This document shows positions 1-9,700 of a stretch of DNA of 64,000 nt, piece after piece. The notes under the pieces are model-generated. The model searched no databases. It worked only from the letters and a program-made list of their open reading frames with translations, and was not told where the DNA came from. The first letter of the stretch is position 1, and each line of letters begins with the position of its first letter. Origin of the DNA: Gemmatimonadota bacterium (lineage in GTDB: Bacteria; Gemmatimonadota; Gemmatimonadetes; Longimicrobiales; Gaopeijiaceae); the NCBI GenBank assembly GCA_034521595.1, contig JAXHMG010000003.1, forward strand, positions 768,001-832,000. Reading direction: 5' to 3'. The position numbers and the translations under genes were made by a program.

Positions 1-1809
1 TCCCGCACCTCCGCGGCGGCGAACACCGAGGGCCAGGGAAAGGCGCTGCGGATCGCGTTCTTCGGGGGTGCGGTCATGGGCCTCGCCGTCGCGGCCCTCG
101 GGCTCCTGGGGCTGGGTGTGCTCTACGTCCTCTACGCATCCAACGCGACCGTCGGCGCGGACTTCGAGAACTTCGCCGAGATCGTCTCCGGCTTCGCGAT
201 GGGGGCGAGCACGATCGCGCTGTTCGCCCGTGTCGGCGGCGGGATCTACACCAAGGCGGCGGATGTCGGGGCGGACCTCGTCGGGAAGGTCGAAGCCGGC
301 ATTCCGGAGGACGATCCCCGCAACCCCGCGACCATCGCCGACAACGTCGGAGACAACGTGGGCGACGTGGCCGGCATGGGCGCCGACATCTTCGAGTCCT
401 ACGTGGGGTCCATCGTGGCGACGATCGCGATCGCGGCCACCGCGCCGGTTCTCGTGTCGCACCGCGCGGAGGCCGTCGCGCTTCCGATCCTCACGGTCTT
501 GTTCGGCCTCCTGGCTTCGCTCCTGGCCATCGGGATGATGAAGCTCTTCGAGCGAAGCAACCCGGCGGCAGCGCTCCGCAACGTGACCTTCATCGCAGCG
601 GGCCTGTTTCTCGCCGTCATGTTCCTCGTCGTGCAGTCGCTCGGCATCACGTTCACCGACACGGAGACCGGCCGTAGTTACGCGACGATCGGTCCATGGA
701 TCGCCATCCTCGCCGGCACGTTGGTGGGCATCATGATCGGGTTGGCCACCGAGTACTACACCGCGTTCGGCCCGATCAAGAAGATCGCGGATTCGAGTGA
801 GACGGGCGCGGCGACCAACATCATCACCGGGCTCGCCGTCGGGATGGAATCCACCGTCATTCCCGTCATCCTCATCTGTGTCGCCATCGGCGTATCGTTC
901 TTCTTCGCCGGGTTGTACGGGATCGGTATCGCCGCCGTGGGAATGCTGGCCACGGTGGGTGTGACGATGTCGGTGGACGCGTACGGCCCGATCGCCGACA
1001 ACGCGGGCGGTATCAGCGAGATGGCCGGCCTCGGGCCGGAGACCCGCGAGATCACGGACTCCCTCGACGCCATCGGGAACACCACCGCGGCCATCGGAAA
1101 GGGCTTCGCGATCGGCTCGGCCGCGCTGACGGCGCTCGCCCTCTTCTCGGCCTACTCGTCGAAGGTGGGCTTGCAGGCGGCCGGGATCGATATCGTCGAT
1201 CCGGTCGTGGTGGTCGGGCTGTTCCTCGGAGGCGCGTTGCCGTTCTTCGTGGCCGCGCTCACGATGACGGCGGTCGGTCGGGCCGCGGCGGGCATGGTGG
1301 ACGAGGTCCGTCGGCAGTTCCGGGAGGTCCCGGGCATCATGGACGGCTCGGTCAAGCCGGATTCGGCCCGGTGCGTGGATATCTCGACTCGGGCGGCGCT
1401 GCGCGAGATGATCCTTCCGGGGGTCACGGCGGTGTTCGCCCCCGTGGTCGTCGGCTACGTGCTGGGTGTGGAGGCGCTGGGCGGCCTGCTGGCCGGCGCC
1501 ACGGTGACGGGCGTGCTCATGGCGCTCTTCATGGCGAACTCCGGGGGGGCGTGGGACAACGCCAAGAAGTACATCGAGGGAGGTGCGCACGGCGGTAAGG
1601 GCTCCGAGGCCCACAAGGCCGCCGTGGTCGGGGATACCGTCGGAGACCCGTTCAAGGACACGTCGGGGCCGTCCCTGAATATCCTGATCAAGCTCATGAG
1701 CGTGGTGTCGCTCGTGCTGGCGCCGTGGTTCGCACGGGTTCACGGTATCGAAGTGGACCCGGACGCCACGTCCTGGCTGACTCACCTCGTCGACACCCTC
1801 TTCGGCTAA
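1..1809 (+). CDS. hppA: Membrane-bound K+-dependent pyrophosphatase, probably Na+-translocating (5' truncated by window)
   Basis: Frame open from base 1. Motifs [72 protein letters not shown]. Confidence 0.96.
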   Translation, partial: SRTSAAANTEGQGKALRIAFFGGAVMGLAVAALGLLGLGVLYVLYASNATVGADFENFAEIVSGFAMGASTIALFARVGGGIYTKAADVGADLVGKVEAGIPEDDPRNPATIADNVGDNVGDVAGMGADIFESYVGSIVATIAIAATAPVLVSHRAEAVALPILTVLFGLLASLLAIGMMKLFERSNPAAALRNVTFIAAGLFLAVMFLVVQSLGITFTDTETGRSYATIGPWIAILAGTLVGIMIGLATEYYTAFGPIKKIADSSETGAATNIITGLAVGMESTVIPVILICVAIGVSFFFAGLYGIGIAAVGMLATVGVTMSVDAYGPIADNAGGISEMAGLGPETREITDSLDAIGNTTAAIGKGFAIGSAALTALALFSAYSSKVGLQAAGIDIVDPVVVVGLFLGGALPFFVAALTMTAVGRAAAGMVDEVRRQFREVPGIMDGSVKPDSARCVDISTRAALREMILPGVTAVFAPVVVGYVLGVEALGGLLAGATVTGVLMALFMANSGGAWDNAKKYIEGGAHGGKGSEAHKAAVVGDTVGDPFKDTSGPSLNILIKLMSVVSLVLAPWFARVHGIEVDPDATSWLTHLVDTLFG

Positions 1810-1849
1810 GAGGGGTGCTCACGGCCGGCACGGTACGGATGGACGTCGC

Positions 1850-3055
1850 ATGACACGGAAAGAGCCGTCCTTCGAGAACGCCCTGACGTTCGCCGCGGAC
1901 CTCATCCGAACCCCGGGCCTGTCCGGGGACGAAGGACGCGTCGCCGAGCGCGTGGAGAATGAGATGCGGGCGCTCGGCCTCGAGCGGGTGCGGATCGACG
2001 ATGTCGGAAACGTCATCGGCGTCGTGCCGGGCTCGGGGGCGGGACCTCCCATTCTCCTGGCGAGCCATCTCGACGTGGTCGCCGAAGGGGACCATGCCGA
2101 GTGGGAGGTCCCGCCGTTCTCGGGGACCGTGGAAGGCGGGTACCTGCACGGCCGAGGCGCGATGGACATCAAGGGGCCTCTCGCGGTTCAGACCTATGCT
2201 GCCGCATCCATGATCGGACGGGCGGCGGGGGACGTTGTGGTGGCCCATACCGTGCTCGAAGAGCAGGGTGGCCTGGGGATGAAAGCGTTGCTGGAGTCGG
2301 AAACCGTCGATCCCGCGTGGGTGGTGATCGGCGAAGCGACGCATGGCGACATCTGCATCGGACACCGGGGCCGGGCGGAGGTCGAAGTCCACATCCGTGG
2401 GAAGGCAGGGCACGCGAGCGAGCCGTCGCGCGCGCGAAACGCCCTGGACCTCCTCGGGGATGTCTTGGCGGCGATCCGGGCTCTGGACGAAGATCAGCCG
2501 GCGGATCCGGTGTTGGGCTCGTCCACGGCCGTCGCCACGACCGTCGATGTCGCGCCGGAGACGCGCAACGTGATCCCGGACCGTGTGCTCGTCGCAGTGG
2601 ACTGGCGGATCTTGCCCGGCGATTCCTCGGAGAGCCTGATCGAGCGTCTCGGGGCCGCGATCCGACGCCGCATGCCCGAGGTGCCGGACGGGTGGTCGGT
2701 CGACGTGAGGATCGCGTCCGTGCATCAGCGCACGTATACGGGTTTCGAGCGCGCCCGGGAGATGTACAGCCCGGGCTTCCTGATGGACCCCGAAGATCCG
2801 GCCGTGCAGGCAGCTGCTGCCGCGGTCGGTCGGCGTGACGGGTCCGATGTCCCCGCACGGGTCCGCCCATGGCGCTTCGCCACGGACGGGGGTTGGACGC
2901 GTGGCGTCCACGGAATCCCCACCATCGGCTTCGCACCCGGCGAAGAACACTTCGCCCATACCAACCGGGAACGTATCTCGGTGGACGAGTTCCGGTGGGC
3001 CCTCGAGCGCTATCCACGTCTCGTGGAGGCACTCCAGGGAGCGGGGTCGCCCTGA
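1850..3055 (+). CDS. M20/ArgE-DapE family metallo-hydrolase
   Basis: SHLDVV, GRGAMDIKG, EEQGG, GEAT and C-terminal AHTNRE metal-binding motifs. Confidence 0.88.
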   Translation: MTRKEPSFENALTFAADLIRTPGLSGDEGRVAERVENEMRALGLERVRIDDVGNVIGVVPGSGAGPPILLASHLDVVAEGDHAEWEVPPFSGTVEGGYLHGRGAMDIKGPLAVQTYAAASMIGRAAGDVVVAHTVLEEQGGLGMKALLESETVDPAWVVIGEATHGDICIGHRGRAEVEVHIRGKAGHASEPSRARNALDLLGDVLAAIRALDEDQPADPVLGSSTAVATTVDVAPETRNVIPDRVLVAVDWRILPGDSSESLIERLGAAIRRRMPEVPDGWSVDVRIASVHQRTYTGFERAREMYSPGFLMDPEDPAVQAAAAAVGRRDGSDVPARVRPWRFATDGGWTRGVHGIPTIGFAPGEEHFAHTNRERISVDEFRWALERYPRLVEALQGAGSP

Positions 3056-3138
3056 CCGGAGGACCGTGGCGCCTACCGAACCGGACGTCGTTCCGCTAGC
3101 TTGGCATGCACGCGCATTCGCGTGAAATCATTGTCCCG

Positions 3139-3217
3139 CCCCGTCCGGTCGCCTCCGCCGCAGGAGGAACCTGTGATGACGGGGCCCGTCACTCAATCAC
3201 GGACCGAGGGAACGAAG
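3139..3217 (+). promoter_or_regulatory. Structured rpsF 5' leader, candidate S6:S18 autoregulatory element
   Basis: Hairpins CCTCC/GGAGG (3152-3167, loop GCCGCA) and GTGA-TGACGG/CCGTCA-TCAC (3173-3200). CGGTC (3146-3150) can pair with GACCG (3202-3206) next to the GAGGG Shine-Dalgarno. Confidence 0.45.
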
Positions 3218-3838
3218 ATGCGGCTCTACGAGGTTGTGTACATCCTCGACCCGGCGCTCGACGAGAGCGCCGTAACCGCTAAGCTCGACAAGTTTCACGA
3301 GCTCGCGACGGCCCGCGGCGGAGAGTTGGAATCCGTCGATCACTGGGGTGTTCGCCAGTTGGCGTATCCGGTGAGCAACCTGAACCAGGGTTACTACGTC
3401 GTTGCGCAGTTCAAGGCGGAGCCGGAGGCCCTTCCCGAGTTCGAGCGGATCGTCAAGCTCGACGGGGAAGTGCTCCGTTACCTGTTGGTCCTCAACGAAG
3501 GGGAGCCGACGAACGGTCAGTCGATCATGGCGGAAGTGCATCACGCCGCTGGCGAAGAGGACGAGGACGAGGAGGAGGGCGAGGAGGAAGACGACGACGG
3601 TACGGCACCGCCCGAGTTCCAGGGTGGCGGTGGCCGCCGCCGCATGGAGGGACCGCCGGTTCTGCTCCTGAACTACAAGGACGTCGGGACGCTGTCTCGC
3701 TTTCTCACGGAACAAGGCAAGATCCTGCCCAAGCGGACCACCAAGGTGACGGCGCAGTTCCAGCGGCAGCTCGGACGCGCGGTCAAGCGCGCCCGGTATC
3801 TGGCCCTGATTCCTTACACACGGCGACAAGAGGGCTGA
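3218..3838 (+). CDS. rpsF-rpsR: Fused ribosomal proteins bS6-bS18 (single ORF; alternative in-frame start at 3176)
   Basis: aa 1-93 are S6 ([12 protein letters not shown]...[11 protein letters not shown]...GYY...VLRYL). Then an acidic linker and S18 ([25 protein letters not shown]...[19 protein letters not shown]). No stop codon between them. Confidence 0.88.
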   Translation: MRLYEVVYILDPALDESAVTAKLDKFHELATARGGELESVDHWGVRQLAYPVSNLNQGYYVVAQFKAEPEALPEFERIVKLDGEVLRYLLVLNEGEPTNGQSIMAEVHHAAGEEDEDEEEGEEEDDDGTAPPEFQGGGGRRRMEGPPVLLLNYKDVGTLSRFLTEQGKILPKRTTKVTAQFQRQLGRAVKRARYLALIPYTRRQEG

Positions 3839-3842
3839 CTTC

Positions 3843-4787
3843 GTGGACCGGCCGCTTCCGACGGAGTCGGATGAGCGCACGGGTCGGGGGTGGCCACGTG
3901 TGGCCGGGCTTTTCGGTGTCACGATGGCGGCGTCGGTCGTGCAGCCGAGCGTGCTCATCGCCGTGCCGTTTCTCCTCCTCGCCGCGGTACGCGGCTTGAA
4001 GGGAGCCGGACTCTTCGTCGGGGCCGTGGTTGCGATGATTCTCGCGATCTCGGGCCCCCAGGACGGCTTCTGGTTCTTGGAGCGTGCGTGGGCCGTGCTC
4101 CTGGGTGGTTGGTTCGTGGCCGTCAGCATGGCGATGCCCCGGTGGCCGCTGTCGACCAAGCTGTTGACTTCGGTCGCGGGCGCGTTCGTGGTGACCGCCG
4201 CGATGCTGGCGGCCCGCAGCGGGGCATGGGAGACGGTCGATTGGGCCATCACCAACGCGGTGGAGGGCGGTATCGCGACCACGCTCCAGGCGTTGGAGTT
4301 GCTCCGGGGCGGAGACGCGATCTCTCCGGCGTTGGCCACGGCGATTCACCAGACGGCCCGTGCCCAGACCAGCGTGTTCCCCGCGTTGATGGGGATCGCG
4401 TCGATGGCTGGCCTCGCCGTGGCATGGTGGGTTTACACCAGGCTACGGGGTGAGGGGGACCAGGCCATCGGGCCGGTCCGGAATTTTCGGTTCAACGACC
4501 ACTTGGTGTGGCTCATGATCGTGGGCCTACTCCTGGTGGTCACACGTTGGGGTGACGCGCTGGCGCGCGTCGGTTCGAACGCCGTCGTGTTCATGGGGGC
4601 GTTGTACGCGCTCCGGGGCTCAGCGGTGTTCATGTTCATTAGTGGAGGCCTGTCATTGTTCGGTTACGTGCTCCTCGCTTTGGCCCTCGTCCTTGCGGCT
4701 CCCGTCGTCGTGGGTGTTGCCATGGTCGTGGGAATAGGGGATACGTGGCTGGACGTGCGCGCACGTCTGCGCGAAACGGCCGCTTGA
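3843..4787 (+). CDS. DUF2232/YybS-like integral membrane protein
   Basis: Multi-TM hydrophobic protein ending GIGDTWLDVRAR, in the typical position between rpsR and rplI. Confidence 0.78.
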   Translation: MDRPLPTESDERTGRGWPRVAGLFGVTMAASVVQPSVLIAVPFLLLAAVRGLKGAGLFVGAVVAMILAISGPQDGFWFLERAWAVLLGGWFVAVSMAMPRWPLSTKLLTSVAGAFVVTAAMLAARSGAWETVDWAITNAVEGGIATTLQALELLRGGDAISPALATAIHQTARAQTSVFPALMGIASMAGLAVAWWVYTRLRGEGDQAIGPVRNFRFNDHLVWLMIVGLLLVVTRWGDALARVGSNAVVFMGALYALRGSAVFMFISGGLSLFGYVLLALALVLAAPVVVGVAMVVGIGDTWLDVRARLRETAA

Positions 4788-4809
4788 CGGATCCATGGTC
4801 GGAGGAACG

Positions 4810-5265
4810 ATGAAGCTCATTCTGAAGGAAGACGTCCCGAACCTGGGCGAAACCGGTGAAGTAGTGGAGGTCAAGCCGGGCTACGGACGCAACTATCTGA
4901 TTCCGCAGGACCTGGCCTACGTGGCCAGCGAGGTCAACATGAAGCGGCTCGAGGAGGAACGAGCACGCGCCGAGGAACGGGCGCGTCGCGATTTCCTCGA
5001 AGCCCGCCGCCGCGCTTCGCAGATCGAGGGAATGTCCCTGACGTTCGGAGAACGGGCGAGCGAAGACGGGAAGCTGTTCGGCTCGGTCTCCGTTGCCGAC
5101 GTCGTGGAGCGCGCGAACGTGAGCGGACTCGACTTCGAGCTGGAGAAGCGCAATATCCTTCTCGACGAGCCGCTCAAGTCCGTGGGGGTGTTTCCCGTCG
5201 GCGTGCGCCTTCACCCCGAAGTCGAGGTGGAGCTCGAGGTCCGCGTGGAGCGGGAGAACGACTGA
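4810..5265 (+). CDS. rplI: 50S ribosomal protein bL9
   Basis: MKLILKEDVPNLGETGEVVEVKPGYGRNYLIP and GKLFGSV; GGAGG Shine-Dalgarno upstream. Confidence 0.97.
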   Translation: MKLILKEDVPNLGETGEVVEVKPGYGRNYLIPQDLAYVASEVNMKRLEEERARAEERARRDFLEARRRASQIEGMSLTFGERASEDGKLFGSVSVADVVERANVSGLDFELEKRNILLDEPLKSVGVFPVGVRLHPEVEVELEVRVEREND

Positions 5266-5291
5266 TCGGTAACAAGGACGCCGCGGGGGCG

Positions 5292-5645
5292 ATGCCGTCC
5301 GACTTTCCCCGCGAGGTCGGTCGGTCGGTCGCACTGGCCCTCGAACGGAGAGCGCAGGACGTCACGGTCTTGGACCTCCAGGGCATCTCGTCCGCTACGG
5401 ACTATTTCGTCATCGCCAGCGGCACCTCCGACGTTCAGGTCAAGGCGATCGCGGAGCACGTGGTCGAAGAGCTCAAAAAGGACGGTGTACGCGTGGAGCA
5501 TGCCGAAGGCATGAACGGCGGACGCTGGGTGCTACTCGACTACATCGACTTCGTGGTGCACGTTTTCCATCCACAGGCGCGTGCCTTCTACCAGTTGGAA
5601 AATCTCTGGGGCGACGCGCCCCGCTGGGACGCACCGGCCGCCTGA
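5292..5645 (+). CDS. rsfS: Ribosome silencing factor RsfS (Iojap)
   Basis: DYFVIASG, WVLLDYIDFVVHVF, RAFYQLENLWGDA. Confidence 0.95.
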   Translation: MPSDFPREVGRSVALALERRAQDVTVLDLQGISSATDYFVIASGTSDVQVKAIAEHVVEELKKDGVRVEHAEGMNGGRWVLLDYIDFVVHVFHPQARAFYQLENLWGDAPRWDAPAA

Positions 5646-5727
5646 GCGCGACTTCGGCGGTGGGTCGTTTGCCCGACCCGACTCACCGGCCTAATGTTAG
5701 CCCGTTTCCTCCAGCCATCGTCGAGCT

Positions 5728-6747
5728 TTGATCGTCGAACTTCCTGAATGGCAAGCGTTCGCGCACGGAGCGGACTTCTGGCACCCGGACGCGTCCGAGG
5801 CGGGCCGAGTCGTCACCGTCGTGGCTCCATCCGTGACGGATCGTGACCGGTGGTCCGCGGAGCTTCTCCTGGACCTTCTCGACGAATGGAGCGAGGGGGG
5901 ACACAAGGTGATGCTGGTCGACGGCGTCTTCGAGCATCCCGCCTTGCATCGCGCGGTAGCCCTGACCAACGAGGAAGGGGCTTCGGACGCGGTCCTTTTC
6001 GGCGCGTCCGTCTCTCGAGTCGCGCGGGCCGTCCCGGACAGATCGTTCTATTTCATGGGTACCGGATCCCCGACCGGCGACCCCGGAGCGATCGCGGCGA
6101 GCCCGCGGTGGAGTCGATTGCAGCAGGGTTTCCGCGACGCCGGGGTGACCTTCGTGGTCTTCATGCGGGAGGGGTGTGCCGGTGAGGCGGAGTTCATCCG
6201 TGAGGCGGACGACATCGTGGTGTTGGCCGAGAGCCGTGACGCAGTGCCGGCGAGCGTGTCGGCGGTCGCGACGAAGGTGCGTTCGCTGGTCGGGCCGGCG
6301 TCGGACGGGACGACCTCGGACGGGCACGAAAGTGAGGTGCTGACCGAGCCGGGTGAGGCGACGTACGAGGAATTGCTCGACCCCCTCGACGACTTGTCTG
6401 GACGCGAGGGTGACGGGGTGGGGAGTTATGGACGCCACGAAGGGGCTCTCGAGGAGGCTCATGCCGTCCAGGAGCAGCCCGTGATGGACTTGAGTGGTGA
6501 GATGCCCGCCGGCACGCAAGCTGCGGCGCCCGAGGCGGCCGAGATGGAGGGCGGTGCAGGAGAAAGCGAGAATGAGCACGGCGGGAGGGCCCACCAAAGC
6601 GAGCGCGAGCCCCGCGCGGTAGGCGCCGGGCGCGCCGTGCAGGGCGCGGGGGCGGACCCCAACGCCCGCAAGAAGCTGCTTTGGGTGGCGCTCGGCGTGG
6701 TCGTGCTGGTGCTCATCGTGGTGTTGGGGGCGCTGCGGCCGGAATGA
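5728..6747 (+). CDS. Hypothetical tail-anchored protein: degenerate MinD/CpsD-like domain, acidic linker, C-terminal TM helix
   Basis: KVMLVDG...PALH...GASD...ADDIVVL resembles MinD/CpsD-type folds without a Walker A motif. Ends KKLLWVALGVVVLVLIVVLG. Its stop overlaps the smc start (ATGA). Start uncertain. Confidence 0.6.
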   Translation: MIVELPEWQAFAHGADFWHPDASEAGRVVTVVAPSVTDRDRWSAELLLDLLDEWSEGGHKVMLVDGVFEHPALHRAVALTNEEGASDAVLFGASVSRVARAVPDRSFYFMGTGSPTGDPGAIAASPRWSRLQQGFRDAGVTFVVFMREGCAGEAEFIREADDIVVLAESRDAVPASVSAVATKVRSLVGPASDGTTSDGHESEVLTEPGEATYEELLDPLDDLSGREGDGVGSYGRHEGALEEAHAVQEQPVMDLSGEMPAGTQAAAPEAAEMEGGAGESENEHGGRAHQSEREPRAVGAGRAVQGAGADPNARKKLLWVALGVVVLVLIVVLGALRPE

Positions 6748-9700
6748 AGCTCCGTGCCCTGAAGGTACACGGATTCAAGTCCTTCGCCGACAGCACCACC
6801 GTGGAGTTCCACGACGGGATCACGGCTGTCGTGGGACCGAACGGCTGTGGCAAGTCCAACATCGGAGATGCCATTCGGTGGGTGCTCGGTGAGCAGCGGG
6901 CGTCCGCCATCCGCGGCACCCGCATGGAAGAGGCCATCTTCCAAGGGACGGTCGGACGCCGTCCCGTCAACCGCGGCTCGGTGTCGCTCATCGTGAGTAA
7001 CGACGACGGATCCCTTCCGGTTCCCTTCGAGGAAGTGGAGGTGGGTCGACAGGTGTTCCGGGACGGCGGCTCCGAATACTCCATCAATCGCTCGGCGTGC
7101 CGCCTCAAGGATGTCGTGGAGCTCTGTCGCGACACCGGTCTGGGCGCGAACGCCTACTCCGTCATCGAGAACAAGATGATCGACGCGATTCTTTCGGACC
7201 GTGCCGAGGAGCGTCGGGGACTGTTCGAGGAAGCGTCCGGAATCGGGAAGTACAAGGACCGGCGTAAGGCGGCGAATAGACGGCTCGAGCGGGCGGAGAT
7301 GGACCTCCAGCGGCTGGAGGACGTAATCTCCGAGGTCGAGACCAAGGTGCGTTCTCTGGCTCGTCAGAAAGGGAAGGCACAACGGTACATGGAGCTGCGT
7401 CAACGCCGGCTCGACGTGGAAGCGACCGTGGTCCGACGCGAGATGTCGTCCCTCACGGACCGGCTGAGCCAGGTGGACCAAGAGCTCCAGGGCGATAGCT
7501 GGACGGCCGAAGGCATGCGCGCCGAGCTCCGAAAGGCGGAGGCCGAGGTCGAGTCTCTCCGGCTCAAGGAGGTGGAAGCTCAGAAGGCGCGGACCGAAGC
7601 GGCGGACGTGTTGGAGCGGACCCGCGAGAAGCTGGTCGAATGGGAGCGGGATTTAGCCGTCGCAAATGAGCGCGAGGCATATGCGGAGCGCAGGCTGGCC
7701 CGGATCGACGAGGAGCGTCGAGAGGCCCTCGAGCGGGCGGAAGCGATGGAGCGGGAGGCGGAGGAGCTCGAAGAGGAGCGGGCGAAGTGTGAAACGGAGC
7801 TTCAGGAAGCTCGCCGGAGCGCGGACGCGAAGGCGGGCGAAGCCGAGGGGGTGCGGAACGAGCTAGCCGAGGCTCGCTCGCGGGTCGAGACGGCGCAGGA
7901 ACGCACCAGGGAGATCGCACGGCGCACCGCCCAGCTACAGGGAGACGCGGAGGCGGCGGACGCGCAGGCCGAAGAGTTGGAGCGGAGGCTGGAGAAAACC
8001 CGCGAAGAGCTCGAGACCGCGACCGAGCAGCTTTCCGATCTGGCCTCCCAGGGGGACCTCTTCTCCGGCCGCCTCGATGAGCTGGCCCGGGACGTGGAAG
8101 AGGCCCACCGGGAATTCGAACGGCAGCGGTCCGAGGTCGACGAGGCCAGGGAGGCGCTCGAGAAGGCGCGGGAGGGGGAGCGCGAAGCGGTGGACCGTGC
8201 GGCGGAAATCGGTGCCCGCGTGGAGGCGCTCGAACGGTTGGAGCGGGACCAGGAAGGGGTCGAGCCCGTCGTTCGGGCCGCCTTGGATCTCGGAGACGAC
8301 GGGGTTTGGGGAACCCTCGCGGACTTCATCGCCGGTCCACCCGAGACGGTGGCGGCGGCCGAGGCCTATCTCGGCTCGGTGGCGCGTGCGCTCGTCGTCG
8401 AGGACGATGCGACGGTTCACAGGCTCGTGGACTGGTTCGCTGCGTCGTGGACGGAGGGGGGCGGCTTGACCTTGCTTCCCCTCGATCGTGTGCCGGTCGA
8501 GGAACCGGGTGGTGGCGTGCTGTTGGATGGATTGACCGTGGAGGAGCCGGCCGCGGCGTGGGTGAGGGCGCTTCTCACGGGTGTCGAGCTCGAGGGCTCG
8601 ACGGCTGGAGGTGTACCGGTCACGAGCTACCGCGGTGTCGTGCGGATGGGTAATCCAACGGGCGCATCCGGGATTCTGGAACGGAAGGAACGGTTGCGTC
8701 TGTTGCGAGCCGAGCACAACGAGGCGCTGGATGTGGCGTCCGGAGCTAGCGCGACACGGATGAGCTCCCAGGAAACCCTTTCGAAGGCCGAGGAGGAGCT
8801 CGAGAGGCTCCGGACGGCCTGGCGGAAGGCCGAAGATGGTCACCGTAAGGCCGAGGCGGAGCTCGAGGCGCAATCCGATCAGCATGGGCGTATGGATCGC
8901 CGGCGCGACGACCTGTCTCGGCAGCTCGAGGGGACGCGAGCAACGCGCGAGCGGGCCATCGAGCGTGCCCGGGAGGCCCGAGCGGAGCGGGAGACGCTCA
9001 TCGAGCAGGAATCGGGCGTCGAGGAGGAACGGGAAGCCGCGGGGAAGGCTCTCGAGGCCGTGCAGGAGCGTTGGGAAGCCGTCCGCGCCGAGGAAGCCCG
9101 CCTGGCGGTGGATGTCGCCCGCCTGGAAGGGGATTTGCGGCGACTGACCGAGAAGCTCCAGAGCTCCACCCGGGTTCGGGAGGAGGCCGGTGAACGAGCC
9201 GGCTCCCTCGACGAGGAGGAAGGGGCCTTGCGCCGCGAGCGCGAGGATCTGCGCACCCGTAGGGCGGAAGGGGAAGCCGCGATCGAACGTTTGTTCGAGG
9301 AGCGGACGGCTGCCGAGGAAGCGTTGCGAAAGCGGGAAGAAGCGTTACAGGGCGTCAGCGATGCACTCGCTGCCGCGGAACGACACGCGCGGGAAGCGCG
9401 CACCGCCGAGCGAGAGTCTTCCGATCGGCGGCACGAGCTGGAGCTCGAGCGCCAGGAGTTGACCGGGCGCGTCGAGCGGATCCGTGAGCGTCTAGAAGGG
9501 GAATGGGGTCGAGCCCTGGAATCCCTGATGGAGGAGGCGAACGAGGTCGCGGGTGACACTGAGGCGCTCCAAGAGGAGCTGACCGAGATCGTCGAGGCGC
9601 TGGAGCGCATCGGGCCGGTGAACATGCTCGCGGTCGAAGAGCACGCGGAAGAAACCGAGCGGCTCGACTTCCTCCAGGGGCAGCGGGATGACCTGATCGA

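Noticed and set aside
3101-3118. Sigma-54 promoter-like TTGGCATGCACGCGCA upstream of rpsF
   Set aside because: GG-to-GC spacing does not fit the -24/-12 rule and the TTGC element is missing.
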